A DNA stretch of 64,000 nucleotides. Source: Pseudomonadota bacterium (GTDB lineage Bacteria > UBA10199 > 2-02-FULL-44-16 > DYJF01). Made by a program: the position numbers and the translations under genes. The stretch's first letter is position 1. Each line of letters opens with the position of its first letter. The stretch is taken from the NCBI GenBank assembly GCA_043823065.1, contig JBDRBB010000006.1, positions 1-64,000 on the forward strand, written 5' to 3'. This document shows, piece after piece, positions 28,266-38,555 of the stretch. The notes under the pieces were generated by a model. That model was not told where the DNA came from. It worked only from the letters and a program-made list of their open reading frames with translations, and ran no database searches.

Positions 28266-29846
28266 GTGGAACAAGGATATTTAGCTTTTGTACTACATGC
28301 CCATCTACCATATGTAAGACATCCGGAATATGAGGATTTTCTGGAAGAACGCTGGTTTTTTGAAGCCATGACTGAAACCTATATTCCCTTATTAGATGTA
28401 TTTGAGCGCTTGGTTCAAGATGGCATTGATTTTAGACTAACCATGTCTTTGACACCTCCTTTAATGTCTATGATGAGCGATCCATTGTTGCAAGATCGTT
28501 ACGCCCATCATTTATATAGATCTATTGAGCTGTCTTACAAAGAAATTGAGCGCACTAAAAATCACGCGCAGTTTAATGCCACTGCCCACATGTATAATCA
28601 CCGTTTGCAGCATGCACGCTGGATTTTTGAAGATCAATATGGCCGCAATCTAGTAAATGGTTTTCGAAAATTTCTGGATTTGGGGAAACTAGAAATAATT
28701 ACCTGCGGGGCAACTCATGGTTTTTTGCCTCTTTTACGCATCTCACCTGAAGCAATCCGCGCCCAAATTCAAGTTGCTTGCAATTGTTATGAAAAACACT
28801 TGGGCCGTCGGCCCCGCGGCATTTGGTTGCCAGAATGCGGCTATTTTCCAGGATTGGAAGAAGAACTCTGGAATGCAGGCATTAGATTTTTCTTTTTAGA
28901 CACCCATGGTTTAATTTTAGGAGATAGTCCGCCTAAATACGGAGTTTATGCTCCAGTCTATACACCAACTGGCTGTGCTGCTTTTGGCAGAGATCAAGAA
29001 TCTTCAGTACAAGTGTGGAGCGCTAAGCAAGGTTATCCTGGCCATCCAGCTTACCGGGATTTTTACCGCGATATTGGTTTTGATTTAGATTTTGATTATG
29101 TAAAACCATATATTCATAAAGACGGTATTCGCTTGATGACTGGTTTTAAATATCACCGCGTAACAGGCCAAGGCGATCACAAAGAACCCTATGATCCAAG
29201 TTGGGCTGAACAAACTGCAGCAGAACATGCTGGCAACTTCATGTTTAATCGCCAACATCAAATAAGACACTTGCGCGGCATTATCGGCAAACCTCCCATT
29301 GTGATTGCCCCCTACGATGCTGAACTTTATGGTCATTGGTGGTATGAAGGTGTGCGTTGGCTGGATATAGTCCTGAGAAAAATTGCCTGCGATCAAAATG
29401 AGATAAAATTAATTACTCCTTGGGAATATCTTAATCGCCATCCCAAAAACCAGGTTATAGAACCTTCTGAATCCAGTTGGGGTAATAAAGGTTATGCTGA
29501 AGTATGGTGCAATGGCACCAATGATTGGATTTATCGTCATTTGCATGAAGCTGCTTTTCGGATGACTGAAATGGCCAGGGCTTATCCCAACCCAGATGAC
29601 AATTTGAGACGCGCCTTAAATCAAATGGCTAGAGAGCTGCTTTTGGCTCAATCCTCTGATTGGGCTTTTATCATGAATAGCGGAACTATGACTGAATATG
29701 CTATTAAACGAACCAAAGATCATCTCTATCGCTTTAACCGACTCTATTGGGATATTAAAAACTATACTTTAGATATGAATTTTGTTGGTGAAACTGAATG
29801 GAAGGATAACATTTTCCACGAAATTGATTATAAGGTTTATGCCTAG
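28266..29846 (+). CDS. GH57 1,4-alpha-glucan branching enzyme (DUF1957)
   Basis: HAHLPYV, WLPECGY, YDAELYGHWW and AQSSDWAF motifs. Confidence 0.92.
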   Translation: MEQGYLAFVLHAHLPYVRHPEYEDFLEERWFFEAMTETYIPLLDVFERLVQDGIDFRLTMSLTPPLMSMMSDPLLQDRYAHHLYRSIELSYKEIERTKNHAQFNATAHMYNHRLQHARWIFEDQYGRNLVNGFRKFLDLGKLEIITCGATHGFLPLLRISPEAIRAQIQVACNCYEKHLGRRPRGIWLPECGYFPGLEEELWNAGIRFFFLDTHGLILGDSPPKYGVYAPVYTPTGCAAFGRDQESSVQVWSAKQGYPGHPAYRDFYRDIGFDLDFDYVKPYIHKDGIRLMTGFKYHRVTGQGDHKEPYDPSWAEQTAAEHAGNFMFNRQHQIRHLRGIIGKPPIVIAPYDAELYGHWWYEGVRWLDIVLRKIACDQNEIKLITPWEYLNRHPKNQVIEPSESSWGNKGYAEVWCNGTNDWIYRHLHEAAFRMTEMARAYPNPDDNLRRALNQMARELLLAQSSDWAFIMNSGTMTEYAIKRTKDHLYRFNRLYWDIKNYTLDMNFVGETEWKDNIFHEIDYKVYA

Positions 29847-29847
29847 G

Positions 29848-30297
29848 CTAAATAGTTTTCAAAATATGTTCTAATTTGGATATGTGTCCATATTCCCAAT
29901 TAGCCAGATTTTCAAAAACATTACATATGGCATCATCTTTCATGCTTTTGTTTAATTTGCGATAATAATTAAAAGCTGCCTGTTCCCGACTAATAGCAAA
30001 CTTAATTACATCTTTGGGATTCATCTGGCTAAAAATCGGCGGCGGTTTAGCTTGTTCTTCTTCAATATAAAAATTTGGTGGCAAATTTAGTTTAAGCATA
30101 ATACTGGGGCTTAGTTTAACTTCATCTAAAATTTTGACATGCTCCAATTCCTCATCAGCAAGTTTTTTAAAAAGATTGGCCACTCTTTGAAAAGAAACAT
30201 CCTTGGCCAGATCCAGATATAATGTTCTAGATTCTTTCTCCCTAATAATTGCTTGGTCTATAACCTCGCTCAGGCGCAGTTGGATATTTTTGTCCAT
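29848..30297 (-). CDS. Rubrerythrin/ferritin-like di-iron protein
   Basis: Duplicated AIxRE...ExxH helices. Confidence 0.8.
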   Translation of the reverse strand: MDKNIQLRLSEVIDQAIIREKESRTLYLDLAKDVSFQRVANLFKKLADEELEHVKILDEVKLSPSIMLKLNLPPNFYIEEEQAKPPPIFSQMNPKDVIKFAISREQAAFNYYRKLNKSMKDDAICNVFENLANWEYGHISKLEHILKTI

Positions 30298-30343
30298 AGT
30301 ACAAGCTCCTTAATGATCATTTACAAACAACATTGTTTTAATT

Positions 30344-30772
30344 ATGGATAACTCCATGAAATCATATACAGAATACATATCACTTAATACCAAGAACCGC
30401 TATGAAATTGTTAATATAACCCCTGAAGTTGAACGAGCGGTTAAAAAAAGTTTGGTCAAAGAAGGTTTGTGTTTAGTGAATGCCATGCATATTACCTCTA
30501 GCGTGTTTATTAATGATAATGAACACGGCTTACACGAAGATTTTTTGGTTTGGGTGGAACAACTTGCCCCATATAATGTTAAAAAATACCGGCACAACCT
30601 AACTGGGGAAGATAATGCAGATGCTCACCTGAAACGCACGATCATGGGCCGGGAAGTTGTGGTAGCTATCACTGATGGCAAACTAGACTTTGGCCCCTGG
30701 GAAACAATTTTTTATGGTGAATTTGATGGGCAAAGAAAGAAAAGAGTCCTCGTAAAAATCATCGGGGAATAA
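30344..30772 (+). CDS. yjbQ: YjbQ/UPF0047 family protein
   Basis: [14 protein letters not shown] and EFDG motifs. Confidence 0.9.
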   Translation: MDNSMKSYTEYISLNTKNRYEIVNITPEVERAVKKSLVKEGLCLVNAMHITSSVFINDNEHGLHEDFLVWVEQLAPYNVKKYRHNLTGEDNADAHLKRTIMGREVVVAITDGKLDFGPWETIFYGEFDGQRKKRVLVKIIGE

Positions 30773-30793
30773 AAAATATTCTGAGAACTGAAC

Positions 30794-30818
30794 GTCATTC
30801 CCGCGAAAGCGGGAATCC
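30794..30818 (+). repeat. REP-like palindrome, family 3 (GTCATTCCCGCGAAAGCGGGAATCC)
   Basis: Hairpin; further copies at 33115 (inverted) and 59753. Confidence 0.9.
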
Positions 30819-30834
30819 AGAACGCATTAATATT

Positions 30835-31048
30835 AAATTCCCTTTCTAAGGCAAGGCCCTTGAAGCAGGCGCACGAAACCGGGCTACTCGTCGCTAAAAT
30901 AGCGACTGTTTTTATGGCGAGTTAAATGTCTTGCCGCTGTCAACCTTTAACTCGCAAAAACAGTCGCTATTTTAACTCCTCATACGCCCTTATTTCGTAA
31001 GCTCGCGCCTAAAAAAGCTTCAAGCGCCTTGCCTTAGAAAGGGAATTT
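30835..31048. repeat. 214-bp nested inverted repeat (MITE-like or structured RNA)
   Basis: Outer arms AAATTCCCTTTCTAAGGCAAGG and its reverse complement; inner arms TAAAATAGCGACTGTTTTT and GCGAGTTAAA each have a matching complement. Confidence 0.85.
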
Positions 31049-31257
31049 TAAAAATTGTCTTTTATTTATCAATGATTATTGAGAGTTAGAAGAGTGGAAA
31101 TATCTCTTTGGTTTTCAAAATGCAAACGCGAAACTGGCCCCCTTGCTCTGCCCGCCAAGCCTGCAGCTAGGAGCTGACAGGAGGGTCAAATCCTCTTTGC
31201 CAAAATTATCATTCTGTGAAAATTAAAAAAATTAAGTATTGTATTTCTGGAATTACA

Positions 31258-31425
31258 TTATTCTTTATTCGTCTTTTCTGAAGAGGACATCAATAATAAT
31301 ATTACACTTGTTATAACCGCAATTCCTAATGCCAAACATATTTCACCGCCCGCTAGAGTCAATCCAGTTAATATTCCTCCAATGCCAAAAACTATTTTAT
31401 GAGATAGCTTAAAATTTAAATTCAT
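31258..31425 (-). CDS. Possible 55-aa membrane peptide
   Basis: MNLNFKLSHKIVFGIGGILTGLTLAGGEICLALGIAVITSVILLLMSSSEKTNKE; GAGG RBS. Confidence 0.4.
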   Translation of the reverse strand: MNLNFKLSHKIVFGIGGILTGLTLAGGEICLALGIAVITSVILLLMSSSEKTNKE

Positions 31426-31680
31426 CATTCCTCACTTTCAATAATTAAGTATTGTGTCCCTAGGATTAGGGATTCTTCAATTCATTTATATACTCAAACA
31501 CAGCTATTCGAAGCGGTTCCATAAAAGACAGCCAATAGTTTATATCAATACTAAGAGTTATTTTTTTATGGTCCTTCTATTGTAGTTATACAATCTCCTT
31601 GCTTAATGTTTAACGCTCCGTCACCAGTGGTTCTCAATTTTCGTCCTTCTTGGGCTTTATTTTTCCAGTAGTTTATAAAT

Positions 31681-32031
31681 TTAATCTAACCCAAAATGTA
31701 ATTTTAAATATTCCTCAATTTGTCTTACATATCTATCTTCAAGATTTCCTATTTTCTTTATAAAACGCTTATTTCTATCAAAGGATGTGATATGATGCAC
31801 TTTAATTAAAGAATTAGCGAACAAACGATTTTTCGAGCTTTTATTCACAAGAATATCTTCAGTCCTTTGTTTCTCTAAATTTGATGTTAACGGCATAATT
31901 GTTGCTAAATTGTTTGTCCTTAATTGTTCATTAGATTCAATAATAACGGCGGGTCTTACTTTTTGAAATTCATGTCCTGAGCTTGGATCAAAATCAACCA
32001 GCCAAATATCACTCTTTAAGTATTTCATCAC
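31681..32031 (-). CDS. MazF/PemK endoribonuclease toxin
   Basis: DIWLVDFDPSSGHEFQKVRPAVII and MPLTS. Confidence 0.92.
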   Translation of the reverse strand: MMKYLKSDIWLVDFDPSSGHEFQKVRPAVIIESNEQLRTNNLATIMPLTSNLEKQRTEDILVNKSSKNRLFANSLIKVHHITSFDRNKRFIKKIGNLEDRYVRQIEEYLKLHFGLD

Positions 32032-32870
32032 TATTCGAGCTCCTTATAATATTTCACTTCCTCTTCAGACATGGAACCTAAATCTTCTAAAATATCATTA
32101 GCAGAGGCTGATTCCCATAATGATTGATAATCTTTTGTTGTATAAGGTGCCTCCCTTTGAAAAACTAATCCATAATCTATTATTTCACAATCTGGCGTAG
32201 CCTTCCACGGCATATCTCCATGAACCAATTCTTCTATTTGTGTAGCATTATTATCCGAAAGATTTTTGATCACACAATTCATAATTTTTTTCTCAGATTC
32301 AGAAAACAGGTCTTCATCTGGCTCAACTAATGCTAAATATCGTTTTTGAGCTTTACCATGATAAACATGTGAAACAAATTCTAGCTCACCATCATCTAGC
32401 ATAGCATTTATAACAGACTTATATTCTTTTATTTTTGGAACTGGTCCAAATTGCATTTTCAAATAAGGCAAGCCTGTAATTGGTTGGCCTGTTTGTTCAT
32501 AAGAATTGAAATCAATGAAATATAACAACTTATAAATTACGGTTTCGCCAACGTTTGGTTTGCCACCACACTTTTTAAGAATATAAAGGAGCACATTTTT
32601 TAATTTTTCTTTATTGAATTTCACATTAGCCTTCTTTTTGGAATCGATTTTTTCTTTTGTAAAATTGAGCATATAATCAACGTTAACAGAAAAAAAATCT
32701 GCAATTTTTAATAGTTCTAAACTATCAACTTTTCTTTCACCTTTTTCAATTTGACTTACTGCCTGTCTTGTTAGTTCTAAATGCTTTGCTAAGGCTTCTT
32801 GAGAAATATCAAAATCTTCTCTGAGCCCTTTAATTATATTGCCAAGTTGTTTTTGTGTAATTTGTGACAT
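32031..32870 (-). CDS. XRE-HTH + Panacea (DUF4065/SocA) antitoxin
   Basis: N-terminal HTH SQEALAKHLELTRQAVSQIEKG; KLLYFIDF, GPVP and H.DMPW. Confidence 0.85.
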   Translation of the reverse strand: MSQITQKQLGNIIKGLREDFDISQEALAKHLELTRQAVSQIEKGERKVDSLELLKIADFFSVNVDYMLNFTKEKIDSKKKANVKFNKEKLKNVLLYILKKCGGKPNVGETVIYKLLYFIDFNSYEQTGQPITGLPYLKMQFGPVPKIKEYKSVINAMLDDGELEFVSHVYHGKAQKRYLALVEPDEDLFSESEKKIMNCVIKNLSDNNATQIEELVHGDMPWKATPDCEIIDYGLVFQREAPYTTKDYQSLWESASANDILEDLGSMSEEEVKYYKELE

Positions 32871-33001
32871 GGTCCCCTCCCCGTCTATTTATTATACTAA
32901 CATATGCACTAATATAGTGCAAGCACTATCATTATTATCTTGACAAAATAAATTAAATAATCTATCATTTCATATACTTATAAAACTAGAGCGCCTAATA
33001 A

Positions 33002-33138
33002 TGGTCAGGGGGACTAAATAAACATTCAGAATTGGCCGCAATTCCACAACAGGAAAATTAACAACTGTAAAAAAGGTCGAAAATAACCCACGAACTCACA
33101 CAGTGGAATGCATGGGATTCCTGCTTTCGCAGGAATGA
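33002..33138 (+). pseudogene. Possible remnant of a ~40-aa basic protein gene
   Basis: MVRGTK*TFRIGRNSTTGKLTTVKKVENNPRTHTVE, with an internal TAA and a 3' end running into the REP. Confidence 0.25.
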
Positions 33139-33139
33139 C
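33115..33139 (-). repeat. REP-like palindrome, family 3 (inverted copy)
   Basis: Reverse complement GTCATTCCTGCGAAAGCAGGAATCC shows a compensatory C-G to T-A change. Confidence 0.88.
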
Positions 33140-33182
33140 AAACAATGCAGAGATGACAGGCTGGATTACTGATCTTGGACGC

Positions 33183-34538
33183 TTATCTGCCTTTATCAAA
33201 CATTACTGGCACTTGGATGCCGCCGCCACTAACATTTACTTTTAGACTACGGTTTGTAGCACGAGTGATAAAACCACCCACCCTAAAACTAGTAAATTTT
33301 TTACCATCCCAATCATAGTGAATATATACACCCAAATCAGCAATTACTTTTCTAGGACGGGAAAGAATACCATGCACATCAATTGTATTTAATCTTAATC
33401 TATCCTGCAAAGCCCACTCAGCCTGTTTTTTCTTGGGAATATGCTTAATCATATTTTGCATTTCACTACCAACATAAACTCTTTCCCCACCCATACCATC
33501 CCCATGTTTCAAAACTAAGTTCTCATAATTTTTTTTAGCATCAGCTTTATTACCCAGAAGAAGCTTGGTGGGTAAAATTGCTGGTTCAACTTGGTGGGCG
33601 TATTCTGGAATTAAACGTTTGCGCAAACTCTTATCAGCCAAAAGCGGCAAGATTGTTTTAGATGCCACCAAACCTGTGACAAAAGGACTATATTGGGGAA
33701 TTTTGCTGCAAATTAAATTGCGAAAAAATTCGGGCGCTTCTTTATAATCAGCTAATTCAAAACTATAGGAAACCTGGAAAACATCTGGTGCTTGCAATTC
33801 TTGTTCCAAATATAATTTGCCATTTTTGAACTTTACTTGTTTATAGGCCATTTTATTAAAATCTTTATCTGGCTGAATTTTAAAAACCTTGGGGCTCACT
33901 AAACGCAAATTCAGACCCACTTGTTTAGCTTTGGCTAAAATAACTTCTTCTTCCCAATTATAAACATCATATTGAAAACGCACCATGTTGCGACCCAAGC
34001 GACGCATATTCTGAACTTCACTCTTTGCTGTATCAAAACGTTTAACCTTGGATTTTAGTTCGGGCATGATACGCAAGATTTTCTCTTGAATAAAAGAAGA
34101 ACGGCCAGTACCATCAAAACCAATTTCATTAATTTCTAATAATTTGGGGGGATTACCTGCATTTGGTGAGCCAGCAATAGCCATATCAAATCTTAAACTA
34201 CCAGTTAGGCGTTTTGGACGATACTTCAATACTCCTAGCTCTTGAACCAAATAATCAGTGATTGGTGTAGGCAATATTATGGATTTCAATTCAGCAGTAG
34301 GCAGAGATAAAAGCCGCATTAAAAAAGTAGTTATACCTTGGCTAACTTTAACAATGGTTGGCAAATAAGAATAAGGCAAAATACGGGGGATAACCGAACA
34401 ATCATCGTCACAAATTCCCAGCAAGTTAGAATCAACAAATTCATTCCAAAGCTCTGTTTTTAATTCTGAAACTGGTTTTTTTTTAAAAACCTTATTCAGC
34501 AAAGGCGAGATATTTTCATGAAAACTTTCCTGAGCCAT
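33183..34538 (-). CDS. Circularly permuted ATP-grasp / glutathionylspermidine-synthase-like ligase
   Basis: RFD, LLEINE, VLKHGDGMGGERVYVG, WALQD and VNVSGGG motifs. Confidence 0.7.
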   Translation of the reverse strand: MAQESFHENISPLLNKVFKKKPVSELKTELWNEFVDSNLLGICDDDCSVIPRILPYSYLPTIVKVSQGITTFLMRLLSLPTAELKSIILPTPITDYLVQELGVLKYRPKRLTGSLRFDMAIAGSPNAGNPPKLLEINEIGFDGTGRSSFIQEKILRIMPELKSKVKRFDTAKSEVQNMRRLGRNMVRFQYDVYNWEEEVILAKAKQVGLNLRLVSPKVFKIQPDKDFNKMAYKQVKFKNGKLYLEQELQAPDVFQVSYSFELADYKEAPEFFRNLICSKIPQYSPFVTGLVASKTILPLLADKSLRKRLIPEYAHQVEPAILPTKLLLGNKADAKKNYENLVLKHGDGMGGERVYVGSEMQNMIKHIPKKKQAEWALQDRLRLNTIDVHGILSRPRKVIADLGVYIHYDWDGKKFTSFRVGGFITRATNRSLKVNVSGGGIQVPVMFDKGR

Positions 34539-35774
34539 TTATGTCTTTTTCTTTTTGGGAGGTTTTTCTTTTATCTTAAAGAAATAAAGCCGACCGGAAT
34601 TGGAAAGTAGAACCAACTTATCATCCACAAACAAGGGATCTGAAAAACTTCCACCGCCTCGAATATAACGTGAAAAAACAATATCTCCATTTAGAGGATC
34701 AACTAAATAAAACCTGCCCTTGGTGGCTGCCACGGCTAATACATTAGCACCTATTGCCGGAGAGGAAATACCAGGCACTTCCAAATCCTGTTCCCAAAGC
34801 AGATGGCCTTGTGCTGGTGTGGCAGCAGCTAAAACACTGTCCCCAGAAATATAAAGTGTGTCTTGAGTCAATAGCAAATCATTGACACCACCAACATCAT
34901 CCAGCATCCATCTAACCTGGCCGTTTTGATCTGGATCCAAGCAAAAAACATGACGATCAGCAGTAGCCACATAGATGCAATCTTTAGTAATAATTGGACG
35001 AGTATCCAAATCTGAAACCAAAGCGGTGCGATCGCCTAATTGTTTAACCCAACCCAAGCTGCCATCTGTTCTATAAGCCATGAGCATGCCACGTGCGTTA
35101 CCAAACAAGATCATATTTTGATATAAAACTGGGCTAGAACCACGACGTACCCGAAAACCTATATTATTGTCATAAGCATCGGTATGCCAAATTTCTTGTC
35201 CGTTTGTTTTATTCAAACAAAACAAACGACTGGAATTGGTTACAAAATAAACCCGTTCTTGATCAACCAAAGGCTCAGCTAAGATTGGATCTCCCAAAAC
35301 TTGTTTCCAAATTTCCTTACCATCTTTTGTATTTAAGGCATAAACATAACCATCTATATCCCCAAAATAGACTACTTCATCTTTAACTGCAGCTTGTGCC
35401 TGAATTGGACCATGAGTTTTATAATTCCAAACTTTTTTAGTTTTTTTAACATCAATACCGTAAAATACGCCAGCATCTACACCGACAAAAATCATGGAAT
35501 CATCTGCTATTGGAATGGCAAACTGAAATGGCTTACTTGACCAAAAACTTGTTTTTTTTAAGCGAATCACGTCCAGCTTATCAACTTTGATTCTACGATC
35601 AGTTTGCTGCAACTTACGCCACTTACTAGAACTATCTCTATATATTATAGAATCATGGCTGGTTAAATGCTGGCTGGATTTAGCCTGAAGTTCTGGAATT
35701 AGTAATAATAAACAGGAACACAAAATTATACTGCTAATCGCTACCTGTTTTATCTTCCCTGAGCAATAAGCCAT
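34539..35774 (-). CDS. PQQ-type beta-propeller protein (BamB-like)
   Basis: Repeated YALN.KDGKEIW blades; TPR-bamB-der neighbourhood. Confidence 0.85.
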   Translation of the reverse strand: MAYCSGKIKQVAISSIILCSCLLLLIPELQAKSSQHLTSHDSIIYRDSSSKWRKLQQTDRRIKVDKLDVIRLKKTSFWSSKPFQFAIPIADDSMIFVGVDAGVFYGIDVKKTKKVWNYKTHGPIQAQAAVKDEVVYFGDIDGYVYALNTKDGKEIWKQVLGDPILAEPLVDQERVYFVTNSSRLFCLNKTNGQEIWHTDAYDNNIGFRVRRGSSPVLYQNMILFGNARGMLMAYRTDGSLGWVKQLGDRTALVSDLDTRPIITKDCIYVATADRHVFCLDPDQNGQVRWMLDDVGGVNDLLLTQDTLYISGDSVLAAATPAQGHLLWEQDLEVPGISSPAIGANVLAVAATKGRFYLVDPLNGDIVFSRYIRGGGSFSDPLFVDDKLVLLSNSGRLYFFKIKEKPPKKKKT

Positions 35775-36424
35775 AAAAGATGCTCCTCTATCTTATTTTT
35801 TAGTTGTCCTTCTTGAGTTAGATCAAGAGCTTTTTCAAAATATTCTTTAGCTTTTGCATAATCTGCAAGTTTTTCAAAACAGAGCCCAGCTTGATAAAAA
35901 CTGTCTGCTTTATTTAAATTATGATTAACCTCTGCTGCGACAATATAGGTTTGAGCTGCCTGTTCATATTTTTCTTGAGCCAGCAAAACATTAGCCAAAC
36001 CATAGAAACCTGCTATCCTCACCAAAACTGGATAGCTCTTTTTTTGAGAAATTCTTTCAAATTCAGCAATTGCTGCCTCATATTGCTTGGTTTCAAACAA
36101 AATATTGGCTAGCTCAAGACTTGCTACCCTACCAGTTTCGCTATCACTATAGTCAGCAACAAATTTTTTTAGTTCAACAATTTTTTCTTCCTTATTAGTC
36201 ACTTCCTGAATTTGATAAAAAGAGTTGGCTATTTTGTTTTCACGATATTTTAGAAAATAATTGGCACTGAAAATAACAACTAAAGTTATAAAAAATGCTC
36301 CAGCTGCAATGCTTATTGTTTTGACATGCACATGTAAAAAATGAATTACCTTGATGGTCCAATCTATAAATTCGTCTTTAACCGGTTTCTTTTTGCCACG
36401 AGGTAAATGTTTATAAGTTGCCAT
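35750..36424 (-). CDS. Membrane-anchored TPR protein (YfgM-like)
   Basis: One TM helix plus TPR repeats. Confidence 0.8.
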   Translation of the reverse strand: MATYKHLPRGKKKPVKDEFIDWTIKVIHFLHVHVKTISIAAGAFFITLVVIFSANYFLKYRENKIANSFYQIQEVTNKEEKIVELKKFVADYSDSETGRVASLELANILFETKQYEAAIAEFERISQKKSYPVLVRIAGFYGLANVLLAQEKYEQAAQTYIVAAEVNHNLNKADSFYQAGLCFEKLADYAKAKEYFEKALDLTQEGQLKNKIEEHLLWLIAQGR

Positions 36425-37257
36425 TATTTTTCTCCTGTTGCCTGCTGACCATTACTATCCTCTAATCCTTTATATTTATCTTGGATGTGTGCCACAACCT
36501 CAGCAGAAAGCAACAAAATATTTGAAAGATAATAAACCCACATAATAGATAATATTAGGGCGGTAAAAGAACCATAAATCAAATTATATTTGGCAAAAGC
36601 AAATTCCGCATAAATACGAAAAAACATCTTTGCCACACCAATGCCTATTGAAAAAACCAAACCCCCAATAGCTGCATATCTAATATAGACTTTTTGATTG
36701 GGAATAACCACACACCCAACCACAAAAGCCAGAAAAGCCACGACAAACATGAAAAAGTCTGTAGTTAATAATTGTCCAAAGGGCAAAGTAAAGTGAAAAT
36801 GTTTAAATAAACTTTCGAAAATACGAACTACAGTTGGAATAAAAAATAGCAGAGAGACGCCAAAAATAACAGTTATACCTATGAGCCGAGAGTGAAAGAA
36901 ATTACGCCTTTTATTGGTTTTAAAAATCGTATCAAAACTTTTTTCAATCGCGCTCACTAAGACAGTGGCGATAAAAAACAGGGTTAAAATACCAACAATG
37001 CCCAAGGAGGATTTTGTATCCATAACCGCATGCAGATTTTGCATGAATATTTCTTGGCCAATGGGCAGAGCGCTTAGTATTTCATTTACCAAATCGTTTA
37101 AAATTTTAGCTTGAGAACCTAGAAAAAAACCAGTTACAGACATCATGAGCATCATTAGGGGGATAACGGCTAAAATGGCACAAAAAGAGATATTAGAAGC
37201 TAAAGAAAAGCAGTCGTCATTAATAAAAGATTTTAATATTTTACCAATCAGTTTCAT
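36424..37257 (-). CDS. YihY/BrkB family membrane protein
   Basis: YNLIYGSF..L..WVY..GAE-like pattern; about six TM helices. Confidence 0.85.
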   Translation of the reverse strand: MKLIGKILKSFINDDCFSLASNISFCAILAVIPLMMLMMSVTGFFLGSQAKILNDLVNEILSALPIGQEIFMQNLHAVMDTKSSLGIVGILTLFFIATVLVSAIEKSFDTIFKTNKRRNFFHSRLIGITVIFGVSLLFFIPTVVRIFESLFKHFHFTLPFGQLLTTDFFMFVVAFLAFVVGCVVIPNQKVYIRYAAIGGLVFSIGIGVAKMFFRIYAEFAFAKYNLIYGSFTALILSIMWVYYLSNILLLSAEVVAHIQDKYKGLEDSNGQQATGEK

Positions 37258-38552
37258 TTCTTCCTGAAAATTAATCTCACAGGCACTTCTTGCAGATTAA
37301 ATTCTTCTGCTAAACGATTCATTAAATATCGTCGATAAATATAAGGGACCGCAGCTGGATAATTAGAAAACAAAGTAAAGGTCGGTGGCCTGGTTCCGGT
37401 TTGCGTAGCATAATATATATTAATTTGCTTGCCTTTACAAACAGGAAGATGATGTCCTTCCACAGCTCGCTTGACAAATTTATTTAACTCCGCAGTGGAA
37501 ATTTTTGTGTTTAACATCTGATGCACATGCTGAATTCTATTAAAAATGCGCAAGCAATTAGCACCAGTTTTAGCCGAGATAGCTAGAATTGGCACATGAA
37601 ACAATTCCTTAAGTCTGTTTTGAACACCCTCCACATATTCATCCCATGGGGTATCAACCAAATCCCACTTGTTAACCAAAAGCACCAGCCCCTTACCTTC
37701 GTTATTTACAAAACCAGCTAGGCTTAGATCCTGATGAGTTATTCCTTCTTGCGCATCTAACAAAAAACAAACCACATCACTGCGATCTATAGTGCGCAAA
37801 GATTTCATGGCACTTACTTTTTCAACTTTTTCATCTACGCGAAAACTTTTTCTTAAACCCGCAGTATCTATAAAAACATAATGCTGACTATCAAATTCAA
37901 TATCGACATCGATAGCGTCCCGAGTGGTTCCAGCCAATTCATGAGCCACAACTCTTTCACTGCCAGCAAGCCGATTAATTAAAGTGGATTTACCAACATT
38001 TGGCCGGCCCAAAACAGTTACGCGCAATCCCTTTGCTTTTTCAATGTCTTCCTGCACTGGAGGAAAGTGCTTGACCACTTCTTCCAAAATTGCATCAACA
38101 TTGCGTCCATGTTCTGCTGAACAATGTACCACAGAACTAAGTCCTAATTCATAATATGTGTAGATCTGATCTTCATTGCCTGCTGTATCTATTTTATTAA
38201 GAGCAAAAACTATGGGTTTGCCAGTTTCATTTAGCTTACGAGCCAATTCCCGATCATGAGAAGTAGGTTCTGCCCTTCCGTCAAATAAGCACAGCACCAC
38301 ATCTGCTTGGCTGATGGCTTCTAAACTTTGTTTGGTAACTTTACTTTCAATGTTGGCTTCTGGCGCAAAATCAATACCACCTGTATCAACCACAATAAAT
38401 TCCCGGCCAGCCCATTCAGCAACTGCATAGTGGCGATCTCTGGTTACTCCTGGGCGATCATCCACAATAGCCTTGCGATAACCGATGAGGCGATTAAAAA
38501 GACGTGATTTGCCGACATTAGGCCGGCCTACTATGGCAACAATTGGTTTCAT
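37254..38552 (-). CDS. der: Ribosome biogenesis GTPase Der
   Basis: Two GRPNVGKS G-domains and a KH-like C-terminus. Confidence 0.98.
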   Translation of the reverse strand: MKPIVAIVGRPNVGKSRLFNRLIGYRKAIVDDRPGVTRDRHYAVAEWAGREFIVVDTGGIDFAPEANIESKVTKQSLEAISQADVVLCLFDGRAEPTSHDRELARKLNETGKPIVFALNKIDTAGNEDQIYTYYELGLSSVVHCSAEHGRNVDAILEEVVKHFPPVQEDIEKAKGLRVTVLGRPNVGKSTLINRLAGSERVVAHELAGTTRDAIDVDIEFDSQHYVFIDTAGLRKSFRVDEKVEKVSAMKSLRTIDRSDVVCFLLDAQEGITHQDLSLAGFVNNEGKGLVLLVNKWDLVDTPWDEYVEGVQNRLKELFHVPILAISAKTGANCLRIFNRIQHVHQMLNTKISTAELNKFVKRAVEGHHLPVCKGKQINIYYATQTGTRPPTFTLFSNYPAAVPYIYRRYLMNRLAEEFNLQEVPVRLIFRKK

Positions 38553-38555
38553 TTT

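Noticed and set aside
31136..31203. tRNA-like 3' fragment (GGAGGGTCAAATCCTCT..GCCA)
   Set aside because: No convincing acceptor, D or anticodon arms could be formed
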